From assembly GCA_016839945.1 (NCBI GenBank), contig JAEOTE010000033.1, positions 1-46,766 of the forward strand: DNA of 46,766 nt, in the 5' to 3' direction. Under the pieces are notes generated by a model. That model was not told the origin of the DNA. It did not search any database and was given only the letters and a program-made list of their open reading frames with translations. This document shows, in pieces, positions 1 through 9,833 of this stretch; position 1 is the stretch's first letter; the number at the start of each line of letters is the position of its first letter. This stretch comes from Candidatus Heimdallarchaeota archaeon (GTDB lineage: Archaea; Asgardarchaeota; Heimdallarchaeia; Heimdallarchaeales; Heimdallarchaeaceae). The position numbers were made by a program, and so were the translations under genes.

Positions 1-1266
1 CCAGATGATGGTTTTGTCAATCTACACTCTTTAATTTTGATTGTTAGTTTGATGTTTATAGTACAAATATCAGATGAAGCAGGAGTTTTTCAATTTCTAG
101 GTGTTCTAGCTATAAAACTATCAAGAGGAAAACCACTATTTCTTATGTCAATACTTTGCATAATTTCTGTTATTTTTTCTTCTTTAATTAACAACATACT
201 TACTGTAATGATACTGATTCCTTTAACAATAACTATTTCGCGAATTCTAAATATTGATCCTACACCATATATTCTGACAGAAGCCATTATGGTAAATGTT
301 GGAGGAACATTCTTCTCTATTTCATCAATCCCAAACATATTAATTGTTACAGAAACTAATATAGGTTTTAATGAATTTTTTATAAATGTTGGCTTATTTT
401 CATTGGTTACTGCAGGCATTACTATTGGTTTCTTCATATTTCTTTACTCTCGAGAATTAAGGGAACCAGGAAAACGATGGATTTCAACATTAGAGGAATT
501 CAATGTGTGGAACTTTGTTCAAAGTAGGAGATTATTATATGCCTCAATAAGTTCTTTAGTAATTTTAATGCTAGCATTTATTGTGATCCCTTCTAACATT
601 ATTCCTCCTAGCATAATTGCTCTTTCAATAGCTATGATTTTGACAATTTTCAGTTCTTTTAGTGGTTTAAAACCAAAAGAAATAATGCAAAAATTTGATA
701 TAGAGCTTCTGCTCTATCTGTTAGGTATCTTTGTAATAGCTGGTGCTTTAGAGGTAGTAGGGATTATTGAAATTATAGGTAACATTCTCAAAAATATTGG
801 AGCTAATAATCCTATATTTCAATTAATTCTTATTGTCTGGGTTTCTGCATTTCTTAGTTCTTTGATTGATAATATTCCAATTACTAAAGTGCTAATTCCT
901 ATCGTGGGAATTATGTCAACAGATAACAGCTATTTCTATGCTTTATCAATTGGAGCAAATTGGGGTGATAATTTGACTCCTTTGGGAGATAATATCTTGG
1001 TTTTGAATATTGCTGAACAAAATAAAAGACCGATAAAAATCAAAACATTTTGGAAAATAGGTTTTACAACAACCATAATTCAATTAATTTTTGGAACACT
1101 TTACTTTACACTATTTTCCACAGACACCTATTTGATTGGTTTAATCATTCTATCAGCTATTTTGCTGATACTTGGAATAGTTTTTATATTTTCAAAGTAT
1201 GGTACTGAACAGATAAAATCATATTTGAATAAATCAATAAATAAGTTTAGATCTTTAATTATATAA
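1..1266 (+). CDS. ArsB/NhaD (ion transporter superfamily, P-protein/SLC13-like) membrane permease, 5'-truncated by the window
   Basis: Frame is open from base 1 (ORF track starts at 37). About 11-12 hydrophobic segments. Family motifs SSLINNILTV / NVGGTFFSISSIPNIL and their repeats SSLIDNIP / ANWGDNLTPLGDN. Confidence 0.85.
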   Translation, partial: PDDGFVNLHSLILIVSLMFIVQISDEAGVFQFLGVLAIKLSRGKPLFLMSILCIISVIFSSLINNILTVMILIPLTITISRILNIDPTPYILTEAIMVNVGGTFFSISSIPNILIVTETNIGFNEFFINVGLFSLVTAGITIGFFIFLYSRELREPGKRWISTLEEFNVWNFVQSRRLLYASISSLVILMLAFIVIPSNIIPPSIIALSIAMILTIFSSFSGLKPKEIMQKFDIELLLYLLGIFVIAGALEVVGIIEIIGNILKNIGANNPIFQLILIVWVSAFLSSLIDNIPITKVLIPIVGIMSTDNSYFYALSIGANWGDNLTPLGDNILVLNIAEQNKRPIKIKTFWKIGFTTTIIQLIFGTLYFTLFSTDTYLIGLIILSAILLILGIVFIFSKYGTEQIKSYLNKSINKFRSLII

Positions 1267-1280
1267 CAATGTGAGTAAAA

Positions 1281-2966
1281 ATGGTATTAAAAACAATAGA
1301 AAGAATTAAACGAGCACTTCCAGAGGTTGAACATATAGTTATGTTCTATAACGATGGAACAGTTTATCAAACAACTTTCGAACAATTTGAGGAATCAGTG
1401 AATATCCCAAAAGTTGGAGATAATCTTTCAGAAATTCTTTCAGACTTCAGAGAATTGTATGATTTATCTAATTATAAATTTCAAAAGTATAATCAAATTC
1501 TTTTTGATACAGATGATATTGATATTCTTATACTTAAGATAGGGGAAAATACCAATTTAGCATTATTCTTCAGAAAAACAAAAGAAGAAGGAGAATTACA
1601 CATAGATTCTATACAAAGATACATAGCTAAGATTGGAAGATTAATTGATATTGGTAGAATTGATTTAATAGAAAAAGAAATCAAAAGTAAAGAAAAGACA
1701 CTAAAAGAATTATATGTGCAGATACAAGAAAAATTGGAAAAACAGAAAGAGCTCAACGTACTTTTAGGCGCTTCCTTTGATGAATTCAGGAGTTTAGAAA
1801 AAATTGAAAATGAAATTGAAGAGATAACATCCAACATAGATAAGACAGAACTAGAGTTCAAGCAAAAGGAAGATGAAATCTCAAAACTTGAAGAAAAAAC
1901 TTCTTCAGAAGAAGAGAGAAAGAATCTTGTTAATAAAGAACTTAGATTAAAAAGAGAGAATGAAAAAGAATTTGCGAAAAGGCTTAAAGAGAAATATGGA
2001 AAGAAAGAAGAATTAGAAAGTGTTGTTGAAGAAGAGAAAGAAGAAGAGAAACTTACTGAAATAGCAAATGAAATAGAAGAATTAGAAAGAGATATAGAAA
2101 TTGCTAAACAAAAAGTTATCGAAAAGGAAGAAGAACGTGAGAATTTAAAGAAAAAACTAGAAGAGGATAGAAATAGGGTCATTTCAGCAAATGAGGAGAA
2201 AGAGAGGAAGAAAAAAACTATTCAAGAATTATACAAAGAATTAGAAGAGAAACTAGAAAAACAGAAGAATCTAAAGGATGAAGTTCACATAAGAGAACAT
2301 GTAGACAAAATAGCTGAAGTAGAAAAAGAAATTCATGATTTGAAAGAGCAAATTAAACAATTTGAGCAGAAGGTCGATGAAAATAAACAAGAAATAAAAG
2401 AGATAGAATCAAAAATTGAAGATATAGAGAAACAGATTAGCAAATATGAGAAAAATAGAAGAGACATAGAAAGTGACTTTGAAGATTTAAGATGTACAGA
2501 CGATGAGAATCAAGAAAAACTGGATGAATTGCAGATTGAATTAAAACAAGAGACAGATGAGAAAAAGAGAAAAAAAATAGAAAAAGAAATTGAAAAATTA
2601 GAAAGTGAAATTAACCAATGTAAAGATATTATGGATAAATATCTTGACGAGATCGAGAAGAGTAAAGAAACATTATTAGATTTGAATAATAAGATGGAAA
2701 GCGAGAAAAACAGATTAGAAAGAGCTCAGAAAGAGCTTGATTTAAAGAATAAACAATTAGAAACAATGCATAAAGAATTAGAGGTTGAGGTAGAAATTCT
2801 AAAAACATTGACTTCTTATATTGAAAAAGATGATGATTTTAAGAAAGCAGCTAAAATTTCAAGAGAAACTGAAGAATTAGATTCTGAGATTAAGAAAGTA
2901 AAAGCTGAAATTAACAAGAAAACTAAGGAATTGGATGAGTTAAAGGAAAAAATAGATGAAACATAA
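1281..2966 (+). CDS. Roadblock/LC7-like N-terminal domain fused to a long Glu/Lys-rich coiled-coil repeat region
   Basis: First ~130 aa show the helix / IVMFYNDGTVY / helix / ILFDTDDIDILILKIGENTNLALFF / helix pattern of roadblock- or profilin-like folds. The remaining ~430 aa are E/K-rich heptads with ~86-aa repeats. Confidence 0.65.
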   Translation: MVLKTIERIKRALPEVEHIVMFYNDGTVYQTTFEQFEESVNIPKVGDNLSEILSDFRELYDLSNYKFQKYNQILFDTDDIDILILKIGENTNLALFFRKTKEEGELHIDSIQRYIAKIGRLIDIGRIDLIEKEIKSKEKTLKELYVQIQEKLEKQKELNVLLGASFDEFRSLEKIENEIEEITSNIDKTELEFKQKEDEISKLEEKTSSEEERKNLVNKELRLKRENEKEFAKRLKEKYGKKEELESVVEEEKEEEKLTEIANEIEELERDIEIAKQKVIEKEEERENLKKKLEEDRNRVISANEEKERKKKTIQELYKELEEKLEKQKNLKDEVHIREHVDKIAEVEKEIHDLKEQIKQFEQKVDENKQEIKEIESKIEDIEKQISKYEKNRRDIESDFEDLRCTDDENQEKLDELQIELKQETDEKKRKKIEKEIEKLESEINQCKDIMDKYLDEIEKSKETLLDLNNKMESEKNRLERAQKELDLKNKQLETMHKELEVEVEILKTLTSYIEKDDDFKKAAKISRETEELDSEIKKVKAEINKKTKELDELKEKIDET

Positions 2967-3040
2967 CTATTGAACATAAGAATAAAAAAGCATTTATTCT
3001 TTTATTAATAAAAGGAAAAATACAATTAAAACTAAAGAGA

Positions 3041-3060
3041 AATTTTTTTTATTTTTTTTC
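3041..3060 (+). terminator. Oligo-T archaeal-type terminator
   Basis: aatttttttt attttttttc downstream of the 1281-2966 CDS. Confidence 0.4.
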
Positions 3061-3074
3061 ATAAATACACATTC

Positions 3075-3165
3075 CTTAAAATGATATTTGTAATCATTTA
3101 AGATTCAAATTACTTGGGATTCTCCGGATTCATAATAAGATTTTCGTATCAGATTGTAATCATTT
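3075..3165. promoter_or_regulatory. Putative operator upstream of the MttB-family gene: palindrome plus direct repeat
   Basis: AAATGAT-N7-ATCATTT at 3079-3099. The 12-bp TTGTAATCATTT occurs at both 3088-3099 and 3154-3165. Confidence 0.3.
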
Positions 3166-3230
3166 TTTAGGGAAATTATTATATTTAAGATAATTATTTA
3201 AAGCTAAAATAGAGAATTGAGTGTTATCTA

Positions 3231-4679
3231 ATGAGACCAATTATCACCATACTTGAAGAAGATTTGAAAGAAAAAGTTGTTGCAGAAGCTATAGAAATAC
3301 TAGAGGAGATAGGTTTTTTTGTTGAAAATCAAGAAGCTGTTGAAATTCTACAAAAAGAGGGGATCAGTGTAGATATTGAAAAAAGAAGAGCTAAACTACC
3401 AGCTGATCTTATTAAAAAGTCACTCAAAACAGCTCCTTCTTCAATTTCCTTGTATAATAGAGAAGGAGTGCAGGTTGCTCAACTAGAGGGAAATAACGTT
3501 TGTTTTGATCCTGGCTCAGCTGCTCTGAATGTATTGGATCCGGATACAAATGAAATACGAACTGCAGTTACAAAGGATTTTATCGATTTTACAAAAGTTG
3601 TTGAGCAGTTAGAATACATACATGCTCAAAGTACGGCTATTATTTGTTCTGACGTTCCTGAAGAGGTTGGTGACAGATATCGTCTTTATCTAGCTCTTAT
3701 CTATTCTAAGAAACCCATAGTTACTGGTACTTTTGCAAAAGAATCTTTTGATGTTATGAAAGATATGCTTGTTGCAATTAGAGGTAGTGAAGATGAATTA
3801 AGAAAGAAACCACTGGCTATTTTCGATGCATGTCCTTCTCCTCCTTTGAAGTGGAGTGATCTTACTTGTCAGAGTATTATTGATTGTGCAAAATATGGGA
3901 TACCTTCAGAGTTTGTTTCAATGCCTATGACTGGGGCAAATGCTCCTGTTACAATTCTTGGAGCAATTGTTCAACATGCAGCTGAAACATTAGCAGGCTT
4001 AGTTATTACACAACTCGTTTCACCAAGTGCACCAGTAATCTGGGGAGGTTCTCCCGCAGCTTTTGATATGAGAAAAGGAACAACTCCAATGGGTTCTATT
4101 GGAACAATGATGATTGACATTGGTTATGCTGAAATTGGGAAATATCTGAACCTACCAACACATGCATATTTGGGTATGTCAGACACTAAAATCCTTGATA
4201 CTCAGACTGGATTTGAATCTGGTATGGGGGCATTACTTGCAGGTGTTAAAGGGATAAATATGATTTCTGGAGCAGGTATGATCGATTTCGAAACTACACA
4301 AAGTATCCAGAAGGTAGTGATAGATAACGAGATCTGTGGAATGATTTACAAATTCTTAGAAGGGATTAACCAAAGAGATGATCCTATTGCAAAAAATCTC
4401 TTAATTGATTTGGAAGAAAAGACACATTTGTTATCACATGATCATACACTGAAATGGTTTAGAGAAGAACATTATATTCCAAGTATGGTTGTAGACAGAG
4501 CTACTACAGAGGAATGGATTAACAAAGGTAGGAAATCAATTGGAGATAGAGCAAAAGAAAGAGCTCAAAAACTATTAGAAAAATATCCTGGAGTAACACT
4601 TGACAAAGATATTATCGATAATCTGTCAGATATAATGAAATACGGAAACATAGATTTCAAGACAAAATTGGATCTTTAA
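3231..4679 (+). CDS. Trimethylamine methyltransferase (MttB) superfamily protein, non-pyrrolysine type
   Basis: Motifs LEEIG, LKTAPSSISLYNR, SPPLKW, PMTGANAPVT, GMSDTKILDTQTGFE, GINMISGAGMID, VIDNEI. No in-frame amber codon. Confidence 0.9.
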   Translation: MRPIITILEEDLKEKVVAEAIEILEEIGFFVENQEAVEILQKEGISVDIEKRRAKLPADLIKKSLKTAPSSISLYNREGVQVAQLEGNNVCFDPGSAALNVLDPDTNEIRTAVTKDFIDFTKVVEQLEYIHAQSTAIICSDVPEEVGDRYRLYLALIYSKKPIVTGTFAKESFDVMKDMLVAIRGSEDELRKKPLAIFDACPSPPLKWSDLTCQSIIDCAKYGIPSEFVSMPMTGANAPVTILGAIVQHAAETLAGLVITQLVSPSAPVIWGGSPAAFDMRKGTTPMGSIGTMMIDIGYAEIGKYLNLPTHAYLGMSDTKILDTQTGFESGMGALLAGVKGINMISGAGMIDFETTQSIQKVVIDNEICGMIYKFLEGINQRDDPIAKNLLIDLEEKTHLLSHDHTLKWFREEHYIPSMVVDRATTEEWINKGRKSIGDRAKERAQKLLEKYPGVTLDKDIIDNLSDIMKYGNIDFKTKLDL

Positions 4680-4746
4680 GATTTCTATAACAATTGGTAA
4701 TGCAAAGGGTAAGAATTTTATATAATATGACCATAAGAGTATTCTT

Positions 4747-6639
4747 GTGGAAATTATGAATTATAAAAATAACAAAAACAGACTATTATCATTTTTACAC
4801 CTATTCTTGATAATTACAGCTCTATTGATTTTCAGTTTTCAGTCCACTGCTAAACTAGACTCAGGAGCGGTGTATAATCTTCCTAACTATACTACAAGTG
4901 TTCCCTTGTATATAGATAATGATAGCGATCTTGCTGGAAACAGTTCAAGTGGTGCTGGTACTCCAAGCGATCCTTATGTAATTGAAGATCTAAGTATAAT
5001 AACTGCCGAGGATCATGGAATTTACATCAGTGGCACTACAAAGAATTTCATCATAAAAGATTGTTACATAGACGCTAACCTCTTTGGTATTTACATTTAT
5101 CAGGTAGCACAAAATACTGTTGAGATAGACAACAATATTCTCAACAGCAATTCTGGAGGACTTGCTCTTTTTGAAAATAACTATGCTAACATCACAAACA
5201 ATCTCTGCGAAAACAATACAGTTGTTGGAATTTATATTAATGAAGCTCACTATACTACTGTTAAAAACAATACTTGCAGAAATAATCCTGGAGTAGGAAT
5301 TTTTGGTGCTTACTGTGATCATAGCAATTTTATTGATAACATCAACTATAACAATGATCAGTATGGACTAAATCTCGATCATTCTGATGATTGTAATGTA
5401 ACAGAAAATACTTTCTATGATAATGGCTATTCAGGTATGTACTTACAATTTACAGTTTCATGTTCTATTTGGGACAATGAGTGTTACAATAATGGTTACC
5501 ATGGAATTTATGCAGATTCAGATGGAGGAACATCTATTACACTGAATAATATTCATGACAATACATTCAATGGTATTTTTGTTCGATCCTCAGATAGTAC
5601 TACAATTTCAAGCAACACAGTTAATGTAAATGGTGGAACTGGAATCTATCTTGATAGAGCTACTAATGCCATAGTTCAGAACAATATTGTTACAAACGAT
5701 GGTTTTCGTTTTTCAATGTCAGGTCTTGCTGATTATAGTGCATTGACTATTTCAAATAACATTGTTAATGGAAAACTACTAGGATTTAATTATGGTTTGA
5801 CTGGAACAACTATATCCAACAATTTCTTTGGTCAGTTGATTTTAGTTGATTGTGATGGGACTATAGTGAAGGATCTAACTATTCGAGACACTGATTATCC
5901 TCTATTTCTAATTGGATGTGATTCTGTTATTGTTGATAATTGTGATTTCAATTACAATATAGGGGGGAGTATAACAATTGAAGGAACAATGAATTGTACA
6001 ATTATGAATACAAAATGCAGTCATAATCAAGCAAAAGCAGGAATTTTTGCTGGTGGAGTAATGGATACTGTGTTCAAAAATGTTACAGCAAGTCACAATG
6101 ATTATGGGATGCAACTTGTTTCGAGTACAAACTTCACTATTCTTGATTGTACATTCAATATGAATAATTTTGCAGGTGCATTTCTTTCTGAAGGTGCATT
6201 TGGAAACATCATACATAATGGTTTTACCAATGGTGGCTCTGTAGGGCTTCACTTTATGAATTATGATGTTGTGAATATTACTCACAATCTTTTTGAAGGG
6301 AATACAGGTTATGCAATATTTCTAGACTCCTTATCCACTAATAGCTGGATACATCATAATGCCTTTATTTCCAACAATCTTGCAGGAACATCACAAGCAA
6401 GAGATGACACTGCAAATCTAAACATGTGGGATGATCCTTGGAGTATGGAAGGGAACTATTGGAATGACCATGTTAGCGGAAATTATACTCTTGATGGTAC
6501 ATGGAAAGTTAATGATACATATCCATTAGGTAGTATCCCTCCAGGTGTAAGTGAATTCAAGCAATACTCACTATATTTTGTACTTCTCCTTCCTGTCATT
6601 TTAATTTCTGCAGGTATCTACAGAAAGAGGAAGAAATAA
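4747..6639 (+). CDS. Secreted/surface right-handed parallel beta-helix (NosD/CASH-like) protein with C-terminal sorting signal
   Basis: N-terminal signal/TM segment, GAGTPSDPYVIE motif, many GIY..N..I.NN repeats, GNYWNDH...DTYPL near the C-terminus, and a VSEF + hydrophobic helix + RKRKK tail. ATG at 4756 is an alternative start. Confidence 0.85.
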   Translation: MEIMNYKNNKNRLLSFLHLFLIITALLIFSFQSTAKLDSGAVYNLPNYTTSVPLYIDNDSDLAGNSSSGAGTPSDPYVIEDLSIITAEDHGIYISGTTKNFIIKDCYIDANLFGIYIYQVAQNTVEIDNNILNSNSGGLALFENNYANITNNLCENNTVVGIYINEAHYTTVKNNTCRNNPGVGIFGAYCDHSNFIDNINYNNDQYGLNLDHSDDCNVTENTFYDNGYSGMYLQFTVSCSIWDNECYNNGYHGIYADSDGGTSITLNNIHDNTFNGIFVRSSDSTTISSNTVNVNGGTGIYLDRATNAIVQNNIVTNDGFRFSMSGLADYSALTISNNIVNGKLLGFNYGLTGTTISNNFFGQLILVDCDGTIVKDLTIRDTDYPLFLIGCDSVIVDNCDFNYNIGGSITIEGTMNCTIMNTKCSHNQAKAGIFAGGVMDTVFKNVTASHNDYGMQLVSSTNFTILDCTFNMNNFAGAFLSEGAFGNIIHNGFTNGGSVGLHFMNYDVVNITHNLFEGNTGYAIFLDSLSTNSWIHHNAFISNNLAGTSQARDDTANLNMWDDPWSMEGNYWNDHVSGNYTLDGTWKVNDTYPLGSIPPGVSEFKQYSLYFVLLLPVILISAGIYRKRKK

Positions 6640-6640
6640 T

Positions 6641-6678
6641 CTCTTTCTATTTTTCTTTTTTCTCCCTGATTTTTTTTC
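6641..6678 (+). terminator. Pyrimidine/oligo-T terminator
   Basis: ctctttctatttttcttttttctccctgattttttttc directly after the stop codon. Confidence 0.45.
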
Positions 6679-6735
6679 ATAGTATAATCGCAATTTACAT
6701 AAATAGATGAAATTTCTACTTACTGGGAACTGCTA

Positions 6736-7737
6736 ATGGATCAAGAGTATGTAACTAACAATATGCACCCTTTCTTTAAGACTATTCAAAGAAAGTATAC
6801 CGGACCAGTTTTTGATGCTCACACACATCTTGGTTCAGTCAAAGAAGTCAGAACAATGGTAAAATACGAGAAAAGATTCAATGTTAAGAAGATCTTTGGC
6901 ATAGTAAGAGATTATGAAAACAGAAAGAAACTAGAGAAAGCATTCCCAGATTTGTTTGTTTATGCCACTTTCTTATCAATCAGAGAAGCTTTACAAGGAG
7001 ATACGAAAAGTTCTCTTGATTTCTTAGAAAAAGCATATGAACAAGGTTTTACTATAGGAAAACTTTGGTTCTCTCCAAGATGGGTGAACTACTTTAAATC
7101 GGAAAATTTCAAGATTAAATTCCGTCCTCAAGATGTTCATTTAAATGACCCCCAACTTGAACCACTTTTTTCAATGTTGGAGGACTTACGATTTACATTA
7201 CTTATTCATGTAAGCGATCCTGATATTCTCTATGAGAAAAATTACCAACCCCCTAGTAAATATGGTGTAAAGAAGGATCATATTGATGCTTTTAAAAATA
7301 TATTAGAAACATACCCAAAACTCAAAATCATTGGAGCTCATATGGCAAGTCAACCAGAAAATCTCAAACAATTGGATAAATGGTTGGATAAATATCCTAA
7401 TCTTCATGTGGACACAGGTTCTGCAAAATGGATGGTGAGGGAATTTGCTTACAAAAAAGAAGAAGTAATTAAATTCTTTAAAAAACACAAAAATCGTATT
7501 TTATTTGGTACTGATTTTGTTGCAGGAAGAAAAGATAGGGAACCTATTCCTGGTTATTATGTTAACCGTTTTCTTAGTTTTCAAGCTTTATTTGAAACAG
7601 ATGTAGAATCACTCCAGTTACCAATACCAGACCCTGAAAACGACAATAACACAAAAATAAATGGACTTGACTTATCATTAGATATTCTATCAAAAATATA
7701 TTGGGAAAATAGTGAGAAACTATTTCTATCAAAATAA
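6736..7737 (+). CDS. Amidohydrolase_2 family metal-dependent hydrolase
   Basis: Metal-binding motifs DAHTH, LIHVSDP, GAHMA, HVDTG and RILFGTD. Confidence 0.85.
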   Translation: MDQEYVTNNMHPFFKTIQRKYTGPVFDAHTHLGSVKEVRTMVKYEKRFNVKKIFGIVRDYENRKKLEKAFPDLFVYATFLSIREALQGDTKSSLDFLEKAYEQGFTIGKLWFSPRWVNYFKSENFKIKFRPQDVHLNDPQLEPLFSMLEDLRFTLLIHVSDPDILYEKNYQPPSKYGVKKDHIDAFKNILETYPKLKIIGAHMASQPENLKQLDKWLDKYPNLHVDTGSAKWMVREFAYKKEEVIKFFKKHKNRILFGTDFVAGRKDREPIPGYYVNRFLSFQALFETDVESLQLPIPDPENDNNTKINGLDLSLDILSKIYWENSEKLFLSK

Positions 7738-7780
7738 ATACACCTAATACCTTTTTATATGTAAAATTAGAGATATTATA

Positions 7781-7966
7781 TTGAGTGATTTTATGCCAGT
7801 TGGAGAATTTCGAGAAGATAAGTATGAGCTAACTGATTTAAGCTCTGCAAATATTGAGGGAATAGGGTTATACATAAATTTCATTGTACAGAAATTAGAT
7901 GAGCTAATTGTGGCTTTCAATGACTTAGAGAGAAAAGTTATAGAGATGGAAAAGAGTATAAAATAG
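7781..7966 (+). CDS. Small hypothetical protein with C-terminal coiled coil
   Basis: Fills the gap between the amidohydrolase and the convergent ABC gene. Natural-looking composition and a heptad tail (LDELIVAFNDLERKVIEMEKSIK). Confidence 0.5.
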   Translation: MSDFMPVGEFREDKYELTDLSSANIEGIGLYINFIVQKLDELIVAFNDLERKVIEMEKSIK

Positions 7967-8010
7967 CTCATCATTATTTCTTAAGATGAAAACTTTTTTC
8001 CTTATTTTTC

Positions 8011-9828
8011 TTACACTAATTTCGCAGCTTGTTCTACATATTCTAATGACTGATGTCTAAAGTACATATCAAAGAGCTGCCAGTATTTGCCTTTCTTTTC
8101 CATTAATTCTGCATGAGTCCCCTCTTCTTGAATTTGAGCATCATCTATTACTATTATACGGTCAGCATTTTCAACAGTTGTTAATCTATGGGCAATGATA
8201 ATCGCTGTTCTATCTTTTAAAAGAACCTTCAATGCTTCCTGAATTAATGATTCAGTATATGCATCTATAGCAGCTGTTGCTTCATCTAAAATTAATATTT
8301 TAGGATCAGATAACAATGCACGTGCAAATGCTACAAGTTGCTTTTGTCCTGCTGAAAGTTTGGTCCCTTTTTCACCAACCTCTGTATCCATCCCATTCGG
8401 TAGACTCTGGATGAACTCCCAAGCATAGACATTCTTTGCAGCTAACTCTATTTCTTCTCTAGTAGCATCTAGATTTCCGTATCTGATGTTCTCTTCTATT
8501 GAACCACTGAAGAGAATGTTATCTTGAAGAACAATACCTATTTGATCTCTATATTCTTGTATAACAAATTTTCTTATATCAGATTCATCAACAATAATAG
8601 AACCATCAACTACATCATAAAAACGGGCAAGTAAAGAGACTAAGGTACTCTTACCAGCTCCCGTTCTCCCAACTATTGCAACAGTTTGACCAGCTGGAAT
8701 TGAAAGAGTAAATTCTTTGAATAGAGGTTCAGAAGGATTATAGTAGAAAGTCATATTTGAGAAATCTATTTTTCCAGAAAAATCTGTGACTGTGAGTGGA
8801 TTTGAATCTTCAACTACAGATGGTTTACTATCCATCAAACTGAATATTCTTTCAACAGCTGCTAATCCTGCTTCGAATTGATTAAAGAATCTTGTAATTT
8901 CTAACAATGGCATGAAAAATCTATTTAACATTAAGATGAAGAAATATAGTGTTGCAACGCTTAAACCTCCAACTTGAAAAGTTATTTTTCCACCATAAAA
9001 GAGCACAAGAAAAGTTCCCACACCAAATAGTGTTTCTATTATTGGGAAGAATATACTCATACCCCATGCCCTTACATAAGCGGCTCGATAGTTTCTCATG
9101 TTGATTCCTTTGAATCTCTCAAAAGCTTCTTTCTCTTGATTGAAGCTTTTTGTTACTTCAATACCTGAAATTGATTCAGCAACATTAGCGTTTAATATTG
9201 CTATAGTCTTTCTCCAATTTTTAGAAGTTCTCCTAGAGAATAATCGAATTCCAATTCCTAGACCAAAAAGAATGGGGACTACAGCTAGAGTTATTCCTGC
9301 TAGTCTGACATCAGTAATGAAAAGTATGATAATAACTATGAGCATAACAAAAATGTTAATCATAAAAGAAGTTGTAAGTTGAACCATCTGAGATATAGTG
9401 TCAGAATCACTAGTTACTCGACTGACTAACTTTCCACTTTTATTCTCATCATAAAACTTCATATCGTTTCGTAATAATGTTTCGAAACTATCCTTTCTAA
9501 CTCTTCTTAACATTTCTCCTGTAAGAATTGCACTGTTATAGAGAGCTCGATACTGAGCAAACCAGAACATTCCATATAGAACGATAACAGCTGCTGCTTC
9601 AACATAGAATACAGCGTTAAAAACTCCATTTTGTACTCCTGTAATAACGAATTTAATGAAGAAGGGAATTCCAATGTTAGCACCTGTTTGAATTATCATC
9701 CATGAAAGAACCTTGAAGAAAGTCTTCATATCATGTTTAGCTATGTAACCAAATAATCTTTTGAAGAGATATATATCACCATATTTTCGGTCATATTTTT
9801 CATCTGGAAGCTCTTGTATGAAACCCAT
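8011..9828 (-). CDS. ABC exporter half-transporter (TMD+NBD), TM288/TmrA-like subunit
   Basis: Six-TM domain, Walker A GRTGAGKS, signature LSAGQKQ, Walker B LILDEAT, switch IAHRL. Confidence 0.93.
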   Translation of the reverse strand: MGFIQELPDEKYDRKYGDIYLFKRLFGYIAKHDMKTFFKVLSWMIIQTGANIGIPFFIKFVITGVQNGVFNAVFYVEAAAVIVLYGMFWFAQYRALYNSAILTGEMLRRVRKDSFETLLRNDMKFYDENKSGKLVSRVTSDSDTISQMVQLTTSFMINIFVMLIVIIILFITDVRLAGITLAVVPILFGLGIGIRLFSRRTSKNWRKTIAILNANVAESISGIEVTKSFNQEKEAFERFKGINMRNYRAAYVRAWGMSIFFPIIETLFGVGTFLVLFYGGKITFQVGGLSVATLYFFILMLNRFFMPLLEITRFFNQFEAGLAAVERIFSLMDSKPSVVEDSNPLTVTDFSGKIDFSNMTFYYNPSEPLFKEFTLSIPAGQTVAIVGRTGAGKSTLVSLLARFYDVVDGSIIVDESDIRKFVIQEYRDQIGIVLQDNILFSGSIEENIRYGNLDATREEIELAAKNVYAWEFIQSLPNGMDTEVGEKGTKLSAGQKQLVAFARALLSDPKILILDEATAAIDAYTESLIQEALKVLLKDRTAIIIAHRLTTVENADRIIVIDDAQIQEEGTHAELMEKKGKYWQLFDMYFRHQSLEYVEQAAKLV

Positions 9829-9833
9829 TTTTA

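Noticed and set aside
1493-2182. 229-aa Ser/Phe-rich minus-strand ORF
   Set aside because: Antisense shadow of GAA/AAA-rich codons in the coiled-coil gene.
3231-4679. Pyrrolysine recoding in the MttB homologue
   Set aside because: The ORF is full-length with no in-frame TAG.
7744-7974. 76-aa minus-strand ORF
   Set aside because: Overlaps the plus-strand 61-aa ORF, which has more protein-like composition. This one reads as its antisense shadow.
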